A stretch of DNA of 64,000 bases from positions 4,602-68,601 of the forward strand of contig CAZFTR010000001.1 of the NCBI GenBank assembly GCA_964522405.1, in the 5' to 3' direction. A program made the translations under genes and the position numbers. The notes under the pieces are model-generated. The model saw nothing but the letters and a program-made list of their open reading frames with translations, was not told the origin of the DNA and ran no database searches. Shown one piece after another: positions 36,806-47,199 of this stretch. Numbering within the stretch: the first letter of the stretch is position 1; every line of letters starts with the position of its first letter. Source of the stretch: an uncultured Gammaproteobacteria bacterium. Its GTDB lineage: Bacteria; Patescibacteriota; Patescibacteriia; Magasanikbacterales; UBA922.

Positions 36806-37540
36806 TTATTCACTGTCAATTTCTATAGTAGAAGTTGTGATTTCTATTGTGCTGGTTACTGAGTCAGTGCTGGTGGACATTTTTTCTAATATTAGATTGG
36901 CAAAACTTTCGCGAATGGCAGCAATCAATGATTGATCTTCATCTTTATTTTTGATTTCATCAATTCTTTTTTCCAGTGTTTCATCTGATTTGGTGATTAT
37001 TTTCATGGTTTCCTGCAGATCATCTTTGCTTTCACTGAGAAGTCTTTCTTCTAGTCCAGTTTCTTGCTTTGTGTCATATAGAAAAGTTTTTATATTGAAA
37101 AACCAAATGATAAATATTGCCAGAGAAAAAATTATCACTCCAGCCCACATCCAAACAAATAGATTTTTTCCATGTACAACAGGTTTTGCCATTTGTTTTT
37201 GTGGTTTTTGGAATTTAACTGTAGGTTTTGTAGGTGGCAGTTCAATATTTGCTGGTTTTTGAGCAGGTGGCTGTTTGCTTGGGGTGAGAACCGGTCTTTT
37301 CTTAATATCCTGCAATATCATGCTCGGAATTTCATCAACCATTTTTTTGATTGCTTTTTTTTCTTCTAATTTTTCTAGTTTTTCAGTAGGTGGAGTTTTT
37401 TCTAGAACTTTTTTCACTCTTTTTTTTCTGGGCTTAGTTTTCTTTTTTGCAACAGTTTTTTTTGCAGGTTTTTTTGGAGCAATTTTCTTTTTTTTGCCTT
37501 TTGCCTCTGCTTTGGGTTTTTTTGTTTTTTTGACAGGCAT
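36806..37540 (-). CDS. hypothetical protein with a Lys/Pro/Ala-rich (histone-H1-like) N-terminus, a central TM helix and an acidic C-terminus
   Basis: KKPKAEAKGKKKKIAPKKPAKK..., TM LFVWMWAGVIIFSLAIFIIWFF. Confidence 0.5.
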   Translation of the reverse strand: MPVKKTKKPKAEAKGKKKKIAPKKPAKKTVAKKKTKPRKKRVKKVLEKTPPTEKLEKLEEKKAIKKMVDEIPSMILQDIKKRPVLTPSKQPPAQKPANIELPPTKPTVKFQKPQKQMAKPVVHGKNLFVWMWAGVIIFSLAIFIIWFFNIKTFLYDTKQETGLEERLLSESKDDLQETMKIITKSDETLEKRIDEIKNKDEDQSLIAAIRESFANLILEKMSTSTDSVTSTIEITTSTIEIDSE

Positions 37541-37581
37541 ACCTTAATTATAGTTTGTAGTTTACAGTTGATAGTTTACAG

Positions 37582-38199
37582 TTATTCTTTTGATAGGATA
37601 ATTATTTGGGTGTCTTCTTGTGGAAGATCTTTTTTCTTTAGTATTACTTTTTTCTCAGGTTTAATATCATGAGCTATTCCCATTTCTTTTAGAAATTTTT
37701 CAGGACCTTTTATTTTTGGATTATTATCACTTTTGAATGCCATTGGAATGACAATTTTTGGTTCAAGTTCATTTATAACCTTGATGGCTGCTTCAGTTTT
37801 GTAAGCATCTTCATGTTCAATTGGAATTATTAGAATATCTATATCAGACAATAATTCTTTTTGTCTGTCTGTTAAGGATTTGTTAGTAAGTCCAAGATGG
37901 CCGACACTGAGATTCTCAGAGTCAATTCTAACCATGGTTTCACCTTTTTGTGTGCCCTCTGCTGAGGTTATTAGAACTCCCTTTACATCACATTCTCCAG
38001 GTTCAGATAGAGTAAAAGGATTTCCAGAGATAGTTATAGAGTCTTTTTCTCCTCTAGTATAGAGAGAAACATGAGAAGTCAGACTTCGTGGAAAATTTCC
38101 AGTTTTTGGTTTGTATGTGTCGATAGTAATGATCACATCTTCATTAAGTGCTTTTGTTTGGAGTTTAAAAGCAGTATTTCCCAGCCAAGATATATGCAT
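37582..38199 (-). CDS. metal-dependent hydrolase, beta-lactamase fold (UPF0173-like)
   Basis: The N-terminus MHISWLGNTAFKLQTK resembles the MBL-fold MKxTWLGHSxF family. 205 aa. Confidence 0.45.
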   Translation of the reverse strand: MHISWLGNTAFKLQTKALNEDVIITIDTYKPKTGNFPRSLTSHVSLYTRGEKDSITISGNPFTLSEPGECDVKGVLITSAEGTQKGETMVRIDSENLSVGHLGLTNKSLTDRQKELLSDIDILIIPIEHEDAYKTEAAIKVINELEPKIVIPMAFKSDNNPKIKGPEKFLKEMGIAHDIKPEKKVILKKKDLPQEDTQIIILSKE

Positions 38200-38434
38200 A
38201 TTTATTTTAAATCAGCTAAATTATGGGAATATTATACCAAGGTTTGCATCTATTGGCAAGTAATTAAAACTAGCTAATTTCCCCTAATATTTGGCTAATT
38301 TAAGCGATTTGGCCTAGGGCTTGCATTTTTTCATTCAAGGTGCTATAATATGCCCACTTTTATATATATCTGGTAATACCAGAGCTTGAGAAATCAGGCT
38401 AATCATGGATTGTTAAATCCATATTAATTTATTT

Positions 38435-39691
38435 ATGCAAAACACAGAAGTAGACACAAAAACAGTAGATTTTGGCAAACTTTTGACTGAGTATTTTGCT
38501 AAGATTCCTCAAATTGGGGATTTAGCAAAAGGAAAGGTTATTTCTATAGACAAAGGTGAGGTCAGAATTGATATCAACGGAATGATAGTTGGTGTTGTGC
38601 GTGGTCATGAACTGTTTAGTGAATCAAAGGAATTTTCTGATGTATCAGTTGGAGATGATGTAGAGGCTACTGTAATAGAAGAAGAAAATGAGAACGGAGA
38701 AATGGAACTTTCATTCAGAATAGCTGGACATAAGATTGTTTGGGCTAGAATGCAAGATTTTGTTAATGACAATACTGTTGTTGATGGAAAAGTTATTGGA
38801 GCAAACAAAGGTGGAATGATGATAAAAGTTGACGCTCTGGTTGGTTTCCTTCCTGTTTCTCAATTAAGTCCTGAGAATTATCCTCGTGTTCCCGGTGGAG
38901 ATAAAAATCGTATTTTAGAGCATTTACGTGATTTTGTTGGAAAAACAATGAAAGTAAAAGTTCTTGATGCTAGAGAAGATGAAGAAAAATTAATTTTATC
39001 AGAAAAAGCTGTTTGGGAAGATTCACAAAAAAGTATTTTAGAATCATATAAAACCGGAGATATTGTAGAAGGTGAAATTAGCGCTCTTACTCCGTTTGGA
39101 GCATTTATGAAGTTTGGTGATGGTCTTGAGGGGCTTATCCATATTTCTGAGATTGTTTGGCAGAGAATTGATCATCCAAAAGATGTTTTGAAAACCGGAC
39201 AACCTGTAAAAGCACAAATTATTGATTTGAATAAATCAAAAATTTACCTTTCTCTTAAACGTCTTATCAATGATCCTTGGAAAACTGTAAAAGATAAATA
39301 CAAAGTAGGTCAAACTGTAACCGGAGAAATTCACAAAGTTGAGCCGTTTGGGCTTATGGTAAAGTTGGACAATGAAATTCATGGTTTAGCTCATATTTCT
39401 GATCTCTCTGATAAACAAATTGGAGACAGTAAAGCTTTCTTGAGTAAATTCAATGTTGGAGATGATCAAAAATTTGAAATTATCTCTATAGAGCCTTCTG
39501 ATCATCGTTTAGGTCTAAGACTTGATGGTGTAAAAGGAAGAGCTGAAAAACAAGAAAAAGCTCCAGTAAAGACAGAGGCTGAAACAAAAGAAAAAGAAGA
39601 AAAGCCTGCAGAAGAGGTAAAACCTGCTCAAACTGAAGAAGCAGAGAAAAAAGAAGAGAAAACTGAAGAGAAAACTGAAGAGGCAGCTTAA
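38435..39691 (+). CDS. rpsA: 30S ribosomal protein S1 with a K/E-rich tail
   Basis: Four S1-domain repeats (G..V.G.V..I...G.FV). A promoter with gtgcTATAAT lies upstream at 38341-38350. Confidence 0.75.
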   Translation: MQNTEVDTKTVDFGKLLTEYFAKIPQIGDLAKGKVISIDKGEVRIDINGMIVGVVRGHELFSESKEFSDVSVGDDVEATVIEEENENGEMELSFRIAGHKIVWARMQDFVNDNTVVDGKVIGANKGGMMIKVDALVGFLPVSQLSPENYPRVPGGDKNRILEHLRDFVGKTMKVKVLDAREDEEKLILSEKAVWEDSQKSILESYKTGDIVEGEISALTPFGAFMKFGDGLEGLIHISEIVWQRIDHPKDVLKTGQPVKAQIIDLNKSKIYLSLKRLINDPWKTVKDKYKVGQTVTGEIHKVEPFGLMVKLDNEIHGLAHISDLSDKQIGDSKAFLSKFNVGDDQKFEIISIEPSDHRLGLRLDGVKGRAEKQEKAPVKTEAETKEKEEKPAEEVKPAQTEEAEKKEEKTEEKTEEAA

Positions 39692-39817
39692 AAAGGTTAA
39701 GAAATTATTAAAACCACCCTTAAAAAGGGTGGTTTTATATACATTGACAAAAGAGCCATTTTTGGCTATAATTGCATTCATTGTTAGTGAACAATATATA
39801 ATTAAGTATTTATTTTT

Positions 39818-41674
39818 ATGAAAGAACTTATTAAAAAATTTGGTGTGGTGGTTCTTACCTTGCTGCTTATAGCTGCTCTTTTGAGTTTTTCTGAGATGAA
39901 AAAAGAAAAACCAGAAGAGGTTGGTATTAATAAGCTGGTTCAGGAAATAGAAGAGGGTTCTGTTAAGTCAATTGATATTACCGGAGATATTTTAAAGGTA
40001 AAACTTGTTGATGATAATGCACCTAAGCAAGAAGTAAAAAAAGAATTTGGACAGTCTTTTTCTGAGCTTATGAACAACTATGATGTTGATCCTGTTAAGC
40101 TAAAAGCTGTAGAAGTTTCTATTAAAAAAGAAAGCGGAGCAGGTTATTGGCTTGAGCAACTAGCTCCTTACTTACTTCCATTACTACTTATTGTTGGATT
40201 GATTTATTTTATGAGCCGACAAGTTCAGGGAGTAAACAATCGTGCTATGGGGTTTGGACAAAGTAAAGCTCGTGAATCCAAGCAAGATGATAAAAACAAA
40301 AAAACTTTCAAAGACGTTGCAGGGTCAAAAGAAGCAAAGGAAGAACTGCGCGAAATAATTGAATTTTTAAAACATCCAAAGAAATTTTCAGACATGGGCG
40401 CAAAGATTCCTAAAGGAGTTTTATTGATGGGTGCACCTGGTACTGGAAAAACACTTCTTGCTAAGGCTGTTTCCGGAGAAGCTGGAGTTCCTTTTTTCCA
40501 TATAAGCGGGTCTGAATTTGTAGAGATGTTTGTCGGAGTAGGTGCCAGTCGTGTTCGCGACCTTTTTAACAAAGCAAAGAAAACAGCACCGGCAATCGTA
40601 TTTATCGATGAGATTGATGCTGTTGGTAGAAAGCGTGGAGCAGGACTTGGTGGATCTCATGATGAGCGTGAACAAACACTAAATCAGATTTTGGTGGAAA
40701 TGGATGGTTTTGAAACTAATAGTGGTGTAATAGTAATAGCTGCTACTAATAGGCCGGACGTTCTTGATCAAGCTCTTCTTCGTCCAGGACGTTTTGACAG
40801 GAGAGTAGTGATTGATCTACCTGATATAGATGCCCGAGAAGAGATTTTGGGAGTTCATGCAAGTAACAAGCCAATTGCCAAAGATGTTAAACTTCGTGAA
40901 ATTGCTGAGAGAACGCCTGGTTTTTCCGGTGCTGATCTTGAAAATTTGTTAAATGAGGCTGCTATTATGGCAGTAGGAAGGAAAGTTAAAGAAATTGATT
41001 CAAAGCTTGTGCTTGAAGCTATAGAAAAAGTAATGCTAGGACCTGAAAAGCGATCCAGAGTAATGGACAAAAAAGACAAAGAAATGACTGCTTATCATGA
41101 GGCAGGCCATGCAGTGGTTGGGCATTTTCTAGAGCATTGTGATCCTATTCGAAAAGTGTCTATCATTGGTCGTGGTATGGCTGGTGGTTACACACTTAGT
41201 GTGCCAGAAAAAGATATTCCTTATAGAACCCTTGCAAAATTCAAAGATGATATGGCTATGATGCTGGGAGGATATGTGATTGAGAAAATGAAATATGGAG
41301 ATGAATTTCTCTCAACAGGCCCATCTAGTGATTTGAAAAAAGCTACAGAAACTGCTACTAAGATGGTTATGAGATATGCCATGAGTGATAAGCTTGGACC
41401 AAGACTTTATGGTGAGAATGAAGAAATGATTTTCTTGGCTCAAGAAATTCATAATAAGAAAAATTATTCTGAGAAAACTGCAGAGCTTATTGATGAAGAG
41501 ATAGATGAGCTTCTTACAAACGCAAAGAAAACAGCAGAAAAAATCCTGCATGATCATATGGAAGAGATTGAGAAATTGGTTGAGCATTTACTAGAAAAAG
41601 AAACAATTGAGAGAGGCGAGTTTGTAAAAGTTATGGGCTCTGGAGCAAAGAAGGAAGAAGAATCTGAAGCCTAA
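39818..41674 (+). CDS. ftsH: ATP-dependent zinc metalloprotease FtsH
   Basis: N-terminal TM, Walker [12 protein letters not shown] region, and HEAGHA zinc-binding motif. Confidence 0.95.
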   Translation: MKELIKKFGVVVLTLLLIAALLSFSEMKKEKPEEVGINKLVQEIEEGSVKSIDITGDILKVKLVDDNAPKQEVKKEFGQSFSELMNNYDVDPVKLKAVEVSIKKESGAGYWLEQLAPYLLPLLLIVGLIYFMSRQVQGVNNRAMGFGQSKARESKQDDKNKKTFKDVAGSKEAKEELREIIEFLKHPKKFSDMGAKIPKGVLLMGAPGTGKTLLAKAVSGEAGVPFFHISGSEFVEMFVGVGASRVRDLFNKAKKTAPAIVFIDEIDAVGRKRGAGLGGSHDEREQTLNQILVEMDGFETNSGVIVIAATNRPDVLDQALLRPGRFDRRVVIDLPDIDAREEILGVHASNKPIAKDVKLREIAERTPGFSGADLENLLNEAAIMAVGRKVKEIDSKLVLEAIEKVMLGPEKRSRVMDKKDKEMTAYHEAGHAVVGHFLEHCDPIRKVSIIGRGMAGGYTLSVPEKDIPYRTLAKFKDDMAMMLGGYVIEKMKYGDEFLSTGPSSDLKKATETATKMVMRYAMSDKLGPRLYGENEEMIFLAQEIHNKKNYSEKTAELIDEEIDELLTNAKKTAEKILHDHMEEIEKLVEHLLEKETIERGEFVKVMGSGAKKEEESEA

Positions 41675-41803
41675 AAAATTGATTCTAAATATAAAATCCG
41701 CTGAAATGCGGATTTTATAATATTTGATCGCATATTAATAAAAAATATGCTATAATGCTGGATAGTTTAAAAGTCATTTAAATATATTTTTAATATCTTC
41801 TAT

Positions 41804-42790
41804 ATGAAAGAACCAAAATACGGAGAGGCTCTCCGTGCAAGTTGGAAACTTTCTTGGCAACACAAGAGTTTATGGTCATTTGGACTATTTGCTATGTTGC
41901 TTGGCCAGCTTGGAATTTCAGAGCTTTTGCTTAAGCTCGGTATGGCTTCATCCACTTTCCAAACAGGTGGTTTTTGGCCTTATTTAGTTTTTTTCTTAAA
42001 TCCAAAAACTTGGATTAGTGCAGCAAAAGCTGGTGAATTCGGGCCTGACAGAGTGGTCTGGATGATTTGGCTTATACTTATACTTGCGGCAGTTTTTGCC
42101 TTTTTATTGTTTATTGCTACAGTCTGCCAGGGGGCAATAGTACACGCTGCAGCAAAATATAGCAAAAGAGCTTCTTCTTTTCCAGACGAAAGAAAATCAT
42201 GGCATGCAGGAGTTAAACATTTTTGGCGAGTATTGTCTCTCAATATTGCTAGAAAGATCGCTTTTTTTCTGATGGCTCTTCTGGTTGTTTGGTCAACTTT
42301 CAATGCTCTTATTTCAGCAAGTTTTAGTGATAGTCTTTTGTTTATCTTAATTTTCATACTCGCAGCAGTGTTTGGTATGATTTTGTCACTTCTGCTTATA
42401 TACGCAGTTGCATATGTAATTGTAGAAGAATATTCATTTGGAGAAGCAATTTCATCAGCTTGGAAATTATTTGTAAATCATTGGTTGGTATCATTTGAGG
42501 TTGGTTTTTCTCTTTTGGTTTTGAATATTGTAGCAATAATCTTGGTAGTGGCAGGATTTTTATACCTATTCCTACTTCCTGTAGTGGTGGCAACCTACAT
42601 CTCTTCAGTTTTTGGCGGCTTGGTTCTGTTCAAGGTAGCTGTGTTTATTGGATATGTATTTTTTGTGGTATTTGCTATATCTATTTCAGCCATATTTACA
42701 GTTTTTGTAACTAGTGTATGGACTCATTTATTTGTAAAAATGCATAAAGTTGGTGTTAAGAGCAAGATTCTACATTTGTTTAGAAAATAA
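41804..42790 (+). CDS. polytopic membrane protein, hypothetical
   Basis: 328 aa with 6-8 predicted TM helices. No recognised family. Confidence 0.5.
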   Translation: MKEPKYGEALRASWKLSWQHKSLWSFGLFAMLLGQLGISELLLKLGMASSTFQTGGFWPYLVFFLNPKTWISAAKAGEFGPDRVVWMIWLILILAAVFAFLLFIATVCQGAIVHAAAKYSKRASSFPDERKSWHAGVKHFWRVLSLNIARKIAFFLMALLVVWSTFNALISASFSDSLLFILIFILAAVFGMILSLLLIYAVAYVIVEEYSFGEAISSAWKLFVNHWLVSFEVGFSLLVLNIVAIILVVAGFLYLFLLPVVVATYISSVFGGLVLFKVAVFIGYVFFVVFAISISAIFTVFVTSVWTHLFVKMHKVGVKSKILHLFRK

Positions 42791-42819
42791 GTATATTTGA
42801 GGAGTGAAATTGAGTATAT

Positions 42820-44565
42820 ATGGCCTATCCGTCAATTGATGATTTGATGAAAAAAGGAGGTGGTGGTGCAGGTAAGCCTGCTAGTTCTTTGCGTGTTTCT
42901 TCCAAAAAAACTGAAGAGCAGTTTGAAGAGAAAATGGATCAAATCAAAAAGAAAGAATTGGAAACTGAGGCCAAAAGAAGTCGTCAGCTATATGACAATA
43001 AGTATTCCTATATTGATCTTAATAAGTTTCCTGTAAGTCAAGAAGCTTTGAGACAAATACCAAAAGACATTGCAGAAAAATTAAAGCTGGTTTGTTTTTA
43101 TGCTGATACTCATGAAATTAGACTTGGTGCGCTTGACCCGGGCGATGAGGCGGTGCATCAATATATAAAGGAAATTGAAAAGCAAAGATATTTAAATTCA
43201 AAGCTCTATCTAATATCTCAAATTAGCTTTAATCATGTTTTAGATTTGTATAGAACTTTGCCGATTGTAAAACCAATAACCAAAGATGTTACCATTGAAC
43301 AGACTGATTTACAAAAAGTACAAGCTAGTATAAAAGATTTCAGTTCAGTTGAACAAACACTTAAACAAAAAACAACTACTGATATTCTCACTATCATTTT
43401 AGGCGCAGCATTCAAGTTGGGTGCTTCAGATGTTCATGTTGAAACAGAAGAAGAACAAATTGTAGTAAGGTATAGAATTGATGGAATTTTACATGATGTG
43501 GCTGAGCTCGATGTTGAGATCATGAAAAAGCTTATTTCTCGTGTAAAATTACTTTCTTCTCTTAAAATAAATATTAGAAATAAGCCTCAAGACGGGCGTT
43601 TTACAATTAAATTTGATACTGGAGATGTTGATGTTCGTGTTTCTGTTATTCCTACTGTCTATGGAGAGAGTGTAGTTATGCGTCTTCTTATGCAGAACAG
43701 GGAGGGTTTATTACTAGATGATCTTGGCTTTAGAGGTGCTGCTCTTGAGCTTCTGAGGGAAGAAATACAAAGACCAAATGGAATGATTTTAACTACTGGA
43801 CCTACTGGAAGTGGTAAGACTACCACCTTGTATGCCATTATGCAGATGTTAAATAAGCCTGGTGTTAAAATAATCACTTTGGAAGATCCGGTTGAGTATC
43901 GTTTAGAAGGAATAAACCAAAGCCAAATTGATCGATCAAAAGATTATACCTTTGCCAAGGGTTTGCGTTCGTTACTTCGTCAAGATCCTGATATTGTTAT
44001 GGTTGGTGAAATAAGAGATTTGGAAACAGGAGATATTGCTGTTCAGGCTTCACTTACAGGTCATCTGATGCTTTCAACAGTTCATACCAATAGTGCTGCC
44101 GGTGCAATTCCTCGACTTTTGGCCATGGGTATAAAACCTTTTCTGCTTAGTCCGGCTTTAAATGTAGTTATTGGTCAGAGGTTAGTTAGAAAAATTGCCG
44201 AAGGATCAAGAAAGGAAAAACCATTAGAAGAATTTGACCAAGCAACGCAAGATAAAATTTTAAAAATATTAGACAGTTTACCAGAGCAGGAAAAAGCAAA
44301 AATTGCTGACAAGCCTAAAGTTTTTTATGAACCAGTTGCAGAAAATAGTGAAGATGGTATAGGATATAAAGGAAGGATAGGAATTTTTGAAGTATTTAGA
44401 ATGACAGAAGAGCTGGAAAAAATGATAGCAGCAGGACAAATAGCAGAGGCCGAAGTAGCTTCAGTTATTAGAAAAGATGGTATGTTAACTATGGCTCAGG
44501 ATGGATTATTAAAGGCTCTTGATGGTTTAACTAGTGTTGAAGAAGTATTTAGAGTTTCTGATTAA
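42820..44565 (+). CDS. pilB: type II/IV secretion system ATPase (GspE/PilB family)
   Basis: Walker A GPTGSGKTTT, Asp box and His box conserved. 581 aa. Confidence 0.85.
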   Translation: MAYPSIDDLMKKGGGGAGKPASSLRVSSKKTEEQFEEKMDQIKKKELETEAKRSRQLYDNKYSYIDLNKFPVSQEALRQIPKDIAEKLKLVCFYADTHEIRLGALDPGDEAVHQYIKEIEKQRYLNSKLYLISQISFNHVLDLYRTLPIVKPITKDVTIEQTDLQKVQASIKDFSSVEQTLKQKTTTDILTIILGAAFKLGASDVHVETEEEQIVVRYRIDGILHDVAELDVEIMKKLISRVKLLSSLKINIRNKPQDGRFTIKFDTGDVDVRVSVIPTVYGESVVMRLLMQNREGLLLDDLGFRGAALELLREEIQRPNGMILTTGPTGSGKTTTLYAIMQMLNKPGVKIITLEDPVEYRLEGINQSQIDRSKDYTFAKGLRSLLRQDPDIVMVGEIRDLETGDIAVQASLTGHLMLSTVHTNSAAGAIPRLLAMGIKPFLLSPALNVVIGQRLVRKIAEGSRKEKPLEEFDQATQDKILKILDSLPEQEKAKIADKPKVFYEPVAENSEDGIGYKGRIGIFEVFRMTEELEKMIAAGQIAEAEVASVIRKDGMLTMAQDGLLKALDGLTSVEEVFRVSD

Positions 44566-44601
44566 AATTAAATAATTAAATTTCCATAAGAATAGTTAAA
44601 T

Positions 44602-45750
44602 ATGGTTCGAAAAAAGAATCCCAGACAAATTTCATCTAATTATGGTCAACCTGTGCGTTTTTATAAGCTGGTTGCCTTGAGTTTTTTATTTATTACCATT
44701 GTTTTGTTGGGCCTTATTGTTTTTATGTCTGCAAAGCGAGCAAATATAACTATTACTACCAGGCCTGAGCCGGTTGACAGTAATGTTAGTATAAATGTCG
44801 GTGAAAATGCCGTAGCACCGAGCATTGCCGGTACTGTTACTAGCTCTTTGGTAGTGTTGGAAAAGAAATTTGAACCAAAAGGAGTTAGACAAGAGGTTAG
44901 TACTGCGACCGGACATGTAACTTTGATAAATGATCGCTCTGTAGATCAGCCTCTAGTGGCTACTACTCGATTATTAACACCAGAAGGAGTATTATTTAGA
45001 CTTGAAAATCGAGTTTTAATCCCAGCAAAAAGTTCAATCCAGGCAGAAGTTTATGCAGATAAAGAGGGCGAGATAAGTAATATTGAGGCAACTGATTTTA
45101 CAATTCCAGGTTTGAGTAAATCTCTACAAAAATTAGTTTATGCGAAAAGTGATCAGCCAATTTCTGGAGGAGTTCGTTATGTGGGAATTTTGAGTAAAAA
45201 AGATCTTCAGCAGGCAGAGCAAGCTATGCTTGACGATGTCAAAGCATTGGCAAAAACAACTTTGGAAGAAAATAGCCAAGGTCAGAGATTTGTATTTTCA
45301 TTGGTACAAAATACTGTTGAGTCTGATACAGAAATTGGAGTAGAAACTGATGGTTTTAATTTATCTGCAAAAGCAACTGTAGTTGGGGTATATTATGATA
45401 TTGAGGAATTAAAAAAATTAGCTGAAAGTGTCTTAGCAAAACAAGCAGTTGGTTCAAGTGAATTTGTTCAGGTTGGAGAAGGAGAACCAACAGCAATTCT
45501 AGAAGATTATGATTTAGAAGATGAAACTGCAGTTTTGGCAGCCACTTTTAATGGGCTTGTCACTATTGATGCTAACAGCAAAGAGCTGGATAAATTAATG
45601 TTTTATGGAAAAACAGAGGATGAAGTAAGAAGATATGTTTTATCACTTGATCATGTTCATGGTGTAGATGTTAGTTTTCGTCCACTTTGGAATAGTACTG
45701 TTCCTCATGTTGCAGATCATGTAAATGTGGTGGTTAGGCAAGTTGAATAG
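44602..45750 (+). CDS. hypothetical protein with an N-terminal TM anchor; possibly pilus-associated given its position after pilB
   Basis: TM segment LVALSFLFITIVLLGLIVFM. No recognised family. Confidence 0.5.
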   Translation: MVRKKNPRQISSNYGQPVRFYKLVALSFLFITIVLLGLIVFMSAKRANITITTRPEPVDSNVSINVGENAVAPSIAGTVTSSLVVLEKKFEPKGVRQEVSTATGHVTLINDRSVDQPLVATTRLLTPEGVLFRLENRVLIPAKSSIQAEVYADKEGEISNIEATDFTIPGLSKSLQKLVYAKSDQPISGGVRYVGILSKKDLQQAEQAMLDDVKALAKTTLEENSQGQRFVFSLVQNTVESDTEIGVETDGFNLSAKATVVGVYYDIEELKKLAESVLAKQAVGSSEFVQVGEGEPTAILEDYDLEDETAVLAATFNGLVTIDANSKELDKLMFYGKTEDEVRRYVLSLDHVHGVDVSFRPLWNSTVPHVADHVNVVVRQVE

Positions 45751-45797
45751 TTTGATTTGTTTGACAACGATAATTTATCATGATAATTTAAAGATGT

Positions 45798-45851
45798 ATG
45801 AGAAATAGAAGATTTACAACCACTACATTGAATTTTCTTTTTTCGAGGTAG
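45798..45851 (+). CDS. candidate Thr-codon-rich leader peptide 1 (MRNRRFTTTTLNFLFSR)
   Basis: 17-codon mini-ORF with four consecutive Thr codons (ACA ACC ACT ACA). It is followed by a terminator at 45883-45905 (ACCCTCgaaaGAGGGTtttttt). There is no SD, so the call is speculative. Confidence 0.3.
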   Translation: MRNRRFTTTTLNFLFSR

Positions 45852-45909
45852 TGGATTTTTGCTAAATAATCTGATAACCATGACCCTCGAAAGAGGGTTT
45901 TTTATTTTT

Positions 45910-45966
45910 ATGAATTTGTTTATTTTAACAACTACTACAACTACTACTAACTCTCCACCGGTTTGA
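45910..45966 (+). CDS. candidate Thr-codon-rich leader peptide 2 (MNLFILTTTTTTTNSPPV)
   Basis: 18-codon mini-ORF with seven consecutive Thr codons. It is followed by a terminator at 45990-46013 (CACCCCaaaccaGGGGTGtttttt). There is no SD. Confidence 0.3.
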   Translation: MNLFILTTTTTTTNSPPV

Positions 45967-46093
45967 GGTAGTTTTTGTAAAGCAAAAAACACCCCAAACC
46001 AGGGGTGTTTTTTAATGAGTGAGAAAGTTGTAAACAGATTTGAAATTGAGATTTGTTTCTAGCTTTTTGACAAAAAAAGGAGGTGGCTAGATT

Positions 46094-47086
46094 ATGAGAT
46101 TTGGTCTTGAGGCTGAATTTCTGCTCGAAAACATCAAGGTCGATCAAGCGTTGGAGCTTGGGATCCCTGGTGTGACGAGAGAGTTCTTTGACATGATGGT
46201 GGAAGTCGTGACTGGCATCCATCAAACAAGGGGAGAAGCAGTAGAGGAGCTTCGCGATCGTACCATTGCCTTGCAGAGGGGTGGGGCAGTGCTTCATCCA
46301 TTTGCTTCGCATGCCTTTGGTGATCCCTGGGACAGGGTGGGGTTTGAAAGTGTGACCGGAGTAAGCGACTATTACCGTTGGGTGTACTACGTAGCTTGCC
46401 AGAATCCGCTTGAGCTTCACCACGTTGGGATCCACATCAACGCTTCTCAGGCTGGGTTGGTGGGTGACGCACTGATTCATGCCACTAACTGGTTGCGCTG
46501 CTTGAACTTCTTGTTCATTTTGCTCGGTTCCAACTCTCCGCTTCAGCGAGGTTTGCCTTCAGGATGTCTCTCCAGGCGTTCTTACTTCTATCCAAACCGG
46601 TATGACGTACCGCTTTGGTGTGGAGAGGCTAGTTTCAGAGCCTGGGTGCGGCAGGAGGAGGCTCTCGGCAAGATCTATCCTGGAAAAGCGCGTTGCTGGA
46701 TGTCGGTTTGCCCTCGGCTCGAGGGCGATAAGATCGATTCTGAGCTCGAGAGGATTGAGCTCAGATCGCTCGACAGTGGTGCCAACCTGTCGTGGGAGGT
46801 GCTGGAGGGATGTTGTCAGCTCCTCGAGCGCATTGTGGTCTACTCAGGCCATGGTTCAGAGCTCCCTGTTGACATTGATCAAATCCAGTTCAATGACAAG
46901 GCTGTAGCTCGTCTTGGCCGGCAAGCAACGCTCTTGTTTGAGGGTCGGAGCCGTCAAGCAGAGGAATTGGCCAGGTATTGGTGTCAGGGAATTGAGTCGC
47001 TTGAACAAGTTCTGGACTACGGTTCACAGGCTGAAAAAATCCTGAACCAGATCCAGGATTCTGGGGTCCAAACCCAAAGGAGGTAG
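46094..47086 (+). CDS. GC-rich carboxylate-amine ligase, glutamate-cysteine ligase family 2 (GCS2/YbdK-like)
   Basis: The N-terminal MRFGLEAEFLL block matches the GCS2-family ExE start. 330 aa, about 58% GC against ~35% in the flanks. Strong SD AAGGAGGTG. Confidence 0.5.
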   Translation: MRFGLEAEFLLENIKVDQALELGIPGVTREFFDMMVEVVTGIHQTRGEAVEELRDRTIALQRGGAVLHPFASHAFGDPWDRVGFESVTGVSDYYRWVYYVACQNPLELHHVGIHINASQAGLVGDALIHATNWLRCLNFLFILLGSNSPLQRGLPSGCLSRRSYFYPNRYDVPLWCGEASFRAWVRQEEALGKIYPGKARCWMSVCPRLEGDKIDSELERIELRSLDSGANLSWEVLEGCCQLLERIVVYSGHGSELPVDIDQIQFNDKAVARLGRQATLLFEGRSRQAEELARYWCQGIESLEQVLDYGSQAEKILNQIQDSGVQTQRR

Positions 47087-47199
47087 AGGAGGGGCGGGAG
47101 TGTGAAGGCGCTCCCGGTTCCCAAAATTATTTTATATATTTAAAGTAATTTAGGAATTTAAAAGTTGACAAAATATTTGAGATAATGTAATCTCAATAT

